Shown here piece by piece: positions 9,687-11,798 of a stretch of DNA of 11,798 nucleotides. The translations under genes and the position numbers were made by a program. The notes beneath the pieces are model-generated. The model was given only the letters and a program-made list of their open reading frames with translations, was not told the DNA's origin and did no database searches. This DNA is from Caedimonas varicaedens (GTDB taxonomy: Bacteria > Pseudomonadota > Alphaproteobacteria > Caedimonadales > Caedimonadaceae), in the NCBI GenBank assembly GCA_001192655.1, contig BBVC01000102.1, positions 1 to 11,798 on the forward strand. The letters are read 5' to 3'. Position 1 is the stretch's first letter. Each line of letters begins with the position of its first letter.

Positions 9687-9851
9687 TCCTCTCTTAAAAA
9701 TATCTAAAACTAAATTATTATATCCCAGTATAAACCAGAAACACCATATGTATACTAAAATTATTTCTTACATTTAATGAAATGTATTTCTAAATTGATT
9801 AAATAAATTACTTAATTGAACAAATCAAGACTTTTTTAAAGTTAATTTTTT

Positions 9852-10385
9852 TTATTTAACTTTCAACTCAAAAAGAATAGCGTCATTATAGTGCTGAGAA
9901 GAAGACATGTAATATTTTTTTCGCCGCCCATAAGCAATAAACCCTACTTTTTCATAAAATTTCAGAGCAGGTAAATTGGTTTCATTAACTTCAAGGAGAA
10001 TTCTTTGTACAGATTGTGGCAAGCACCCAACGATCAATTTTTCTATCAAATGACTTGCGACTCCCTGTCGATGATAGTCAGGGTGAGTTGCGAGAGTATA
10101 GATTTCTGCCTCTCCAGGTGTTATCTGCCCCAAAAGAAGACCTGTAAGTTCGTTCCCTGAAGTATGTGCAAGAAAGCCGCAAACGTGTGGATTTTCTAAA
10201 AGAGTTGTGAATAATTGTTCTGACCACGGTTCATCAAAACAAAGTTTATGGAGTTCGGAGACTTCTCTGACCTGCTTATGGTCGAAAGAACTTATATTTA
10301 AAATTAAAGGGGGCTTATTTCTTTGCAAAGCTAATCTCAGGAGGACGCAGATAAAAAGGGATACAAGGCTCAAAAGAAGCTCCAC
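9852..10385 (-). CDS. rimI: GNAT acetyltransferase, ribosomal-protein-alanine N-acetyltransferase type
   Basis: It carries the GNAT acetyl-CoA motif (HPDYHRQGVASHLIEKL) and ALKFYEKVGF, and sits immediately downstream of tsaB, the classic tsaB-rimI synteny. The longest ORF overlaps tsaB by 71 nt and has an implausible hydrophobic N-terminus. A TTG at 10328 would give a 14-nt overlap and is a more likely start. Confidence 0.8.
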   Translation of the reverse strand: MELLLSLVSLFICVLLRLALQRNKPPLILNISSFDHKQVREVSELHKLCFDEPWSEQLFTTLLENPHVCGFLAHTSGNELTGLLLGQITPGEAEIYTLATHPDYHRQGVASHLIEKLIVGCLPQSVQRILLEVNETNLPALKFYEKVGFIAYGRRKKYYMSSSQHYNDAILFELKVK

Positions 10386-10953
10386 CCGCCAGCTTTTCCT
10401 GGGTATATAAGGCTAAATCCTGAGCATCTGGCATCCAAGAATCCTGACCGGTACAGAAATAGGATGCCGCATTCCCTGTCATGACAGGTTGGTGTGTTCC
10501 GATATATTCAGAAAGCTGATCTGGTCGCAAATACGTGGCTTCTCTTAATACTTTTAATTCCGGGGAAAAAAGACTGACAAAACTCTCTTCTCTTTTGCTT
10601 TCCAGAGCAACAAGCAAAGAAGCATCGATGGAATTTTTTCTGTTGTAACTATGGGCAACCCACTCAAAAGAATTTACTGCCAGAATTGGCACTTCAAGGG
10701 CAAGTGAAAGTCCGCGCGCTGAGGCAATTCCAACGCGTGTCCCTGTAAACGATCCTGGTCCCAGGGTAACAGCTATATGTGTAATATCTTGAATAGAAAG
10801 AGATATTCCCTTGAAAAGGGATTCAATCATAGGGAGAAGAATCGTATCTCCGGCATGAGTCGTCCTGTTTTCGGCATATGCTAGAATCTTTTTCCCTTCC
10901 TGTAAGGCAACAGAAGTGGAAAAATTGGCGCTATCGATAGCAAGTATAATCAT
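10315..10953 (-). CDS. tsaB: tRNA N6-threonylcarbamoyladenosine (t6A) biosynthesis protein TsaB (YeaZ)
   Basis: 212-aa ORF with N-terminal MIILAIDSA and GPGSFTGTRVGIASARGLSLAL, typical of the ASKHA-fold TsaB. Confidence 0.9.
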   Translation of the reverse strand: MIILAIDSANFSTSVALQEGKKILAYAENRTTHAGDTILLPMIESLFKGISLSIQDITHIAVTLGPGSFTGTRVGIASARGLSLALEVPILAVNSFEWVAHSYNRKNSIDASLLVALESKREESFVSLFSPELKVLREATYLRPDQLSEYIGTHQPVMTGNAASYFCTGQDSWMPDAQDLALYTQEKLAGGASFEPCIPFYLRPPEISFAKK

Positions 10954-11029
10954 TTTCTTGAGTTGTATTTTAAAAAAAGTTATTATTTTCTCATCATATG
11001 TATTCTTGGTTATAAAGAAAGATTATAGA

Positions 11030-11587
11030 ATGCTCAAAGAAATTCTTATCCAGCCACATCTTCAAATTGACCTGGCGTATGCTACGTCTCAAAATTTTAT
11101 GCAGAAAAAGATTTATGAAAACGCTAGGTGCTATTTACATACGGATGCCTATACGTGCTTCATGCGTGCTTTTGATCTCGCACAAGCTATGGGGTATGGG
11201 CTTAAAATTTTTGATGCCTTTAGACCCGTCGAAGCACAATGGAAGTTGTGGGAAATTTGTCCTGACCCTTTATATGTTGCTAATCCTGAACGCGGCTCAT
11301 CTCACAGCCGCGGTATCGCTATTGATCTGACATTGACGAATAAGGAAGGAATAGAGCTTGATATGGGGACATCTTTCGATGATTTTACAGTCTCCTCTCA
11401 TCATCGAGCAACAGATATTCCTGCATATGCTCAACAAAACCGCTTTATTCTGCTCGGACTGATGACAGTGGCAGGATTTGATTTTTACCAGAATGAGTGG
11501 TGGCATTATCAACTGCACGAGCCTTCAAGATACCCCCTGTTGAGTGATGAAGAAGCTCCTTTTCCTCTTATGTCACGGGCTGCCTAA
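11030..11587 (+). CDS. ddpX: D-alanyl-D-alanine dipeptidase, VanX/DdpX family (peptidase M15D)
   Basis: All VanX catalytic signatures are present: [19 protein letters not shown] (the SxHxxGxAxD zinc-ligand motif) and NEWWHY. I place the start at ATG 11030 (MLKEILIQ...). The 38 upstream codons of ORF 10916..11587 overlap the tsaB 5' end on the other strand and look non-coding. Confidence 0.85.
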   Translation: MLKEILIQPHLQIDLAYATSQNFMQKKIYENARCYLHTDAYTCFMRAFDLAQAMGYGLKIFDAFRPVEAQWKLWEICPDPLYVANPERGSSHSRGIAIDLTLTNKEGIELDMGTSFDDFTVSSHHRATDIPAYAQQNRFILLGLMTVAGFDFYQNEWWHYQLHEPSRYPLLSDEEAPFPLMSRAA

Positions 11588-11787
11588 ATAATTTTACAAG
11601 CTTCCTCAAAACTTAACCGAGGTTGACGCGGGTAAGATTTAGATTCATCCCCGTATCCAAGGTTAAGCAAAAAATTCGAACGCCATGTTGTTCCAGCTAG
11701 AAATTCCTGGTCTACCCCTTCATTACTGAAGCCGGACATAGGGCCACAGTCTAATCCCAGGGCGCGAGCCGCCAAAAGAAGGTATAG
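11584..11787 (-). CDS. C-terminal portion of a nitroreductase-family protein (RutE/malonic semialdehyde reductase-like); possibly truncated
   Basis: [67 protein letters not shown] resembles the conserved C-terminal third of RutE-like nitroreductases. The listed M is a TTG. The frame hits an in-frame TAG at 11790..11788, only 8 nt from the window edge. Confidence 0.55.
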   Translation of the reverse strand, partial: LYLLLAARALGLDCGPMSGFSNEGVDQEFLAGTTWRSNFLLNLGYGDESKSYPRQPRLSFEEACKII

Positions 11788-11798
11788 CTAACAACATA

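Noticed and set aside
10315-10385. A 71-nt same-strand overlap between tsaB and rimI.
   Set aside because: It is probably an artefact of taking the first ATG. The overlapped rimI N-terminus is hydrophobic and unlike GNAT N-termini, and a TTG at 10328 gives an ordinary short coupling overlap.
10916-11029. A 38-codon N-terminal extension of the dipeptidase ORF (MEKLALSIASIIIFLSCILKK...), which could be read as a signal peptide.
   Set aside because: It overlaps the 5' end of tsaB on the opposite strand and the divergent promoter spacer. VanX-family homology starts right after the internal ATG at 11030, so the extension is most likely a longest-ORF artefact.

Overview
AT-rich (roughly 40% GC by eye, not computed) chromosomal core region that looks alphaproteobacterial, based on a Ros/MucR regulator and an aa3-type cox/cta cluster. 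Eight co-directional minus-strand genes run from 7718 to 307: coxB, coxA (broken by a 1-nt frameshift in a G8 run), ctaB, a 44-aa small membrane ORF missing from the ORF track, ctaG, a BI-1/YccA-family membrane protein, trxA and a class I PHA synthase phaC. An unidentified minus-strand ORF runs off the left edge. Right of the cox cluster lie a divergent FAD-dependent monooxygenase (+), a Ros/MucR regulator (-), rimI and tsaB (-), a VanX/DdpX-type D-Ala-D-Ala dipeptidase (+), and the C-terminal end of a RutE-like nitroreductase (-). I found no rRNA, tRNA, CRISPR array, transposase, integrase, phage gene or recognisable defence or toxin gene. I do not see a convincing novel multi-gene system; this reads as housekeeping DNA. 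The points worth a second look are local: the coxA frameshift sits exactly in a homopolymer and one extra G would restore the canonical protein; the small cox-cluster ORF is unannotated; the MucR has a degenerate zinc-ligand set; the flavin monooxygenase has an odd N-terminal extension; and both edge ORFs have start or stop anomalies.
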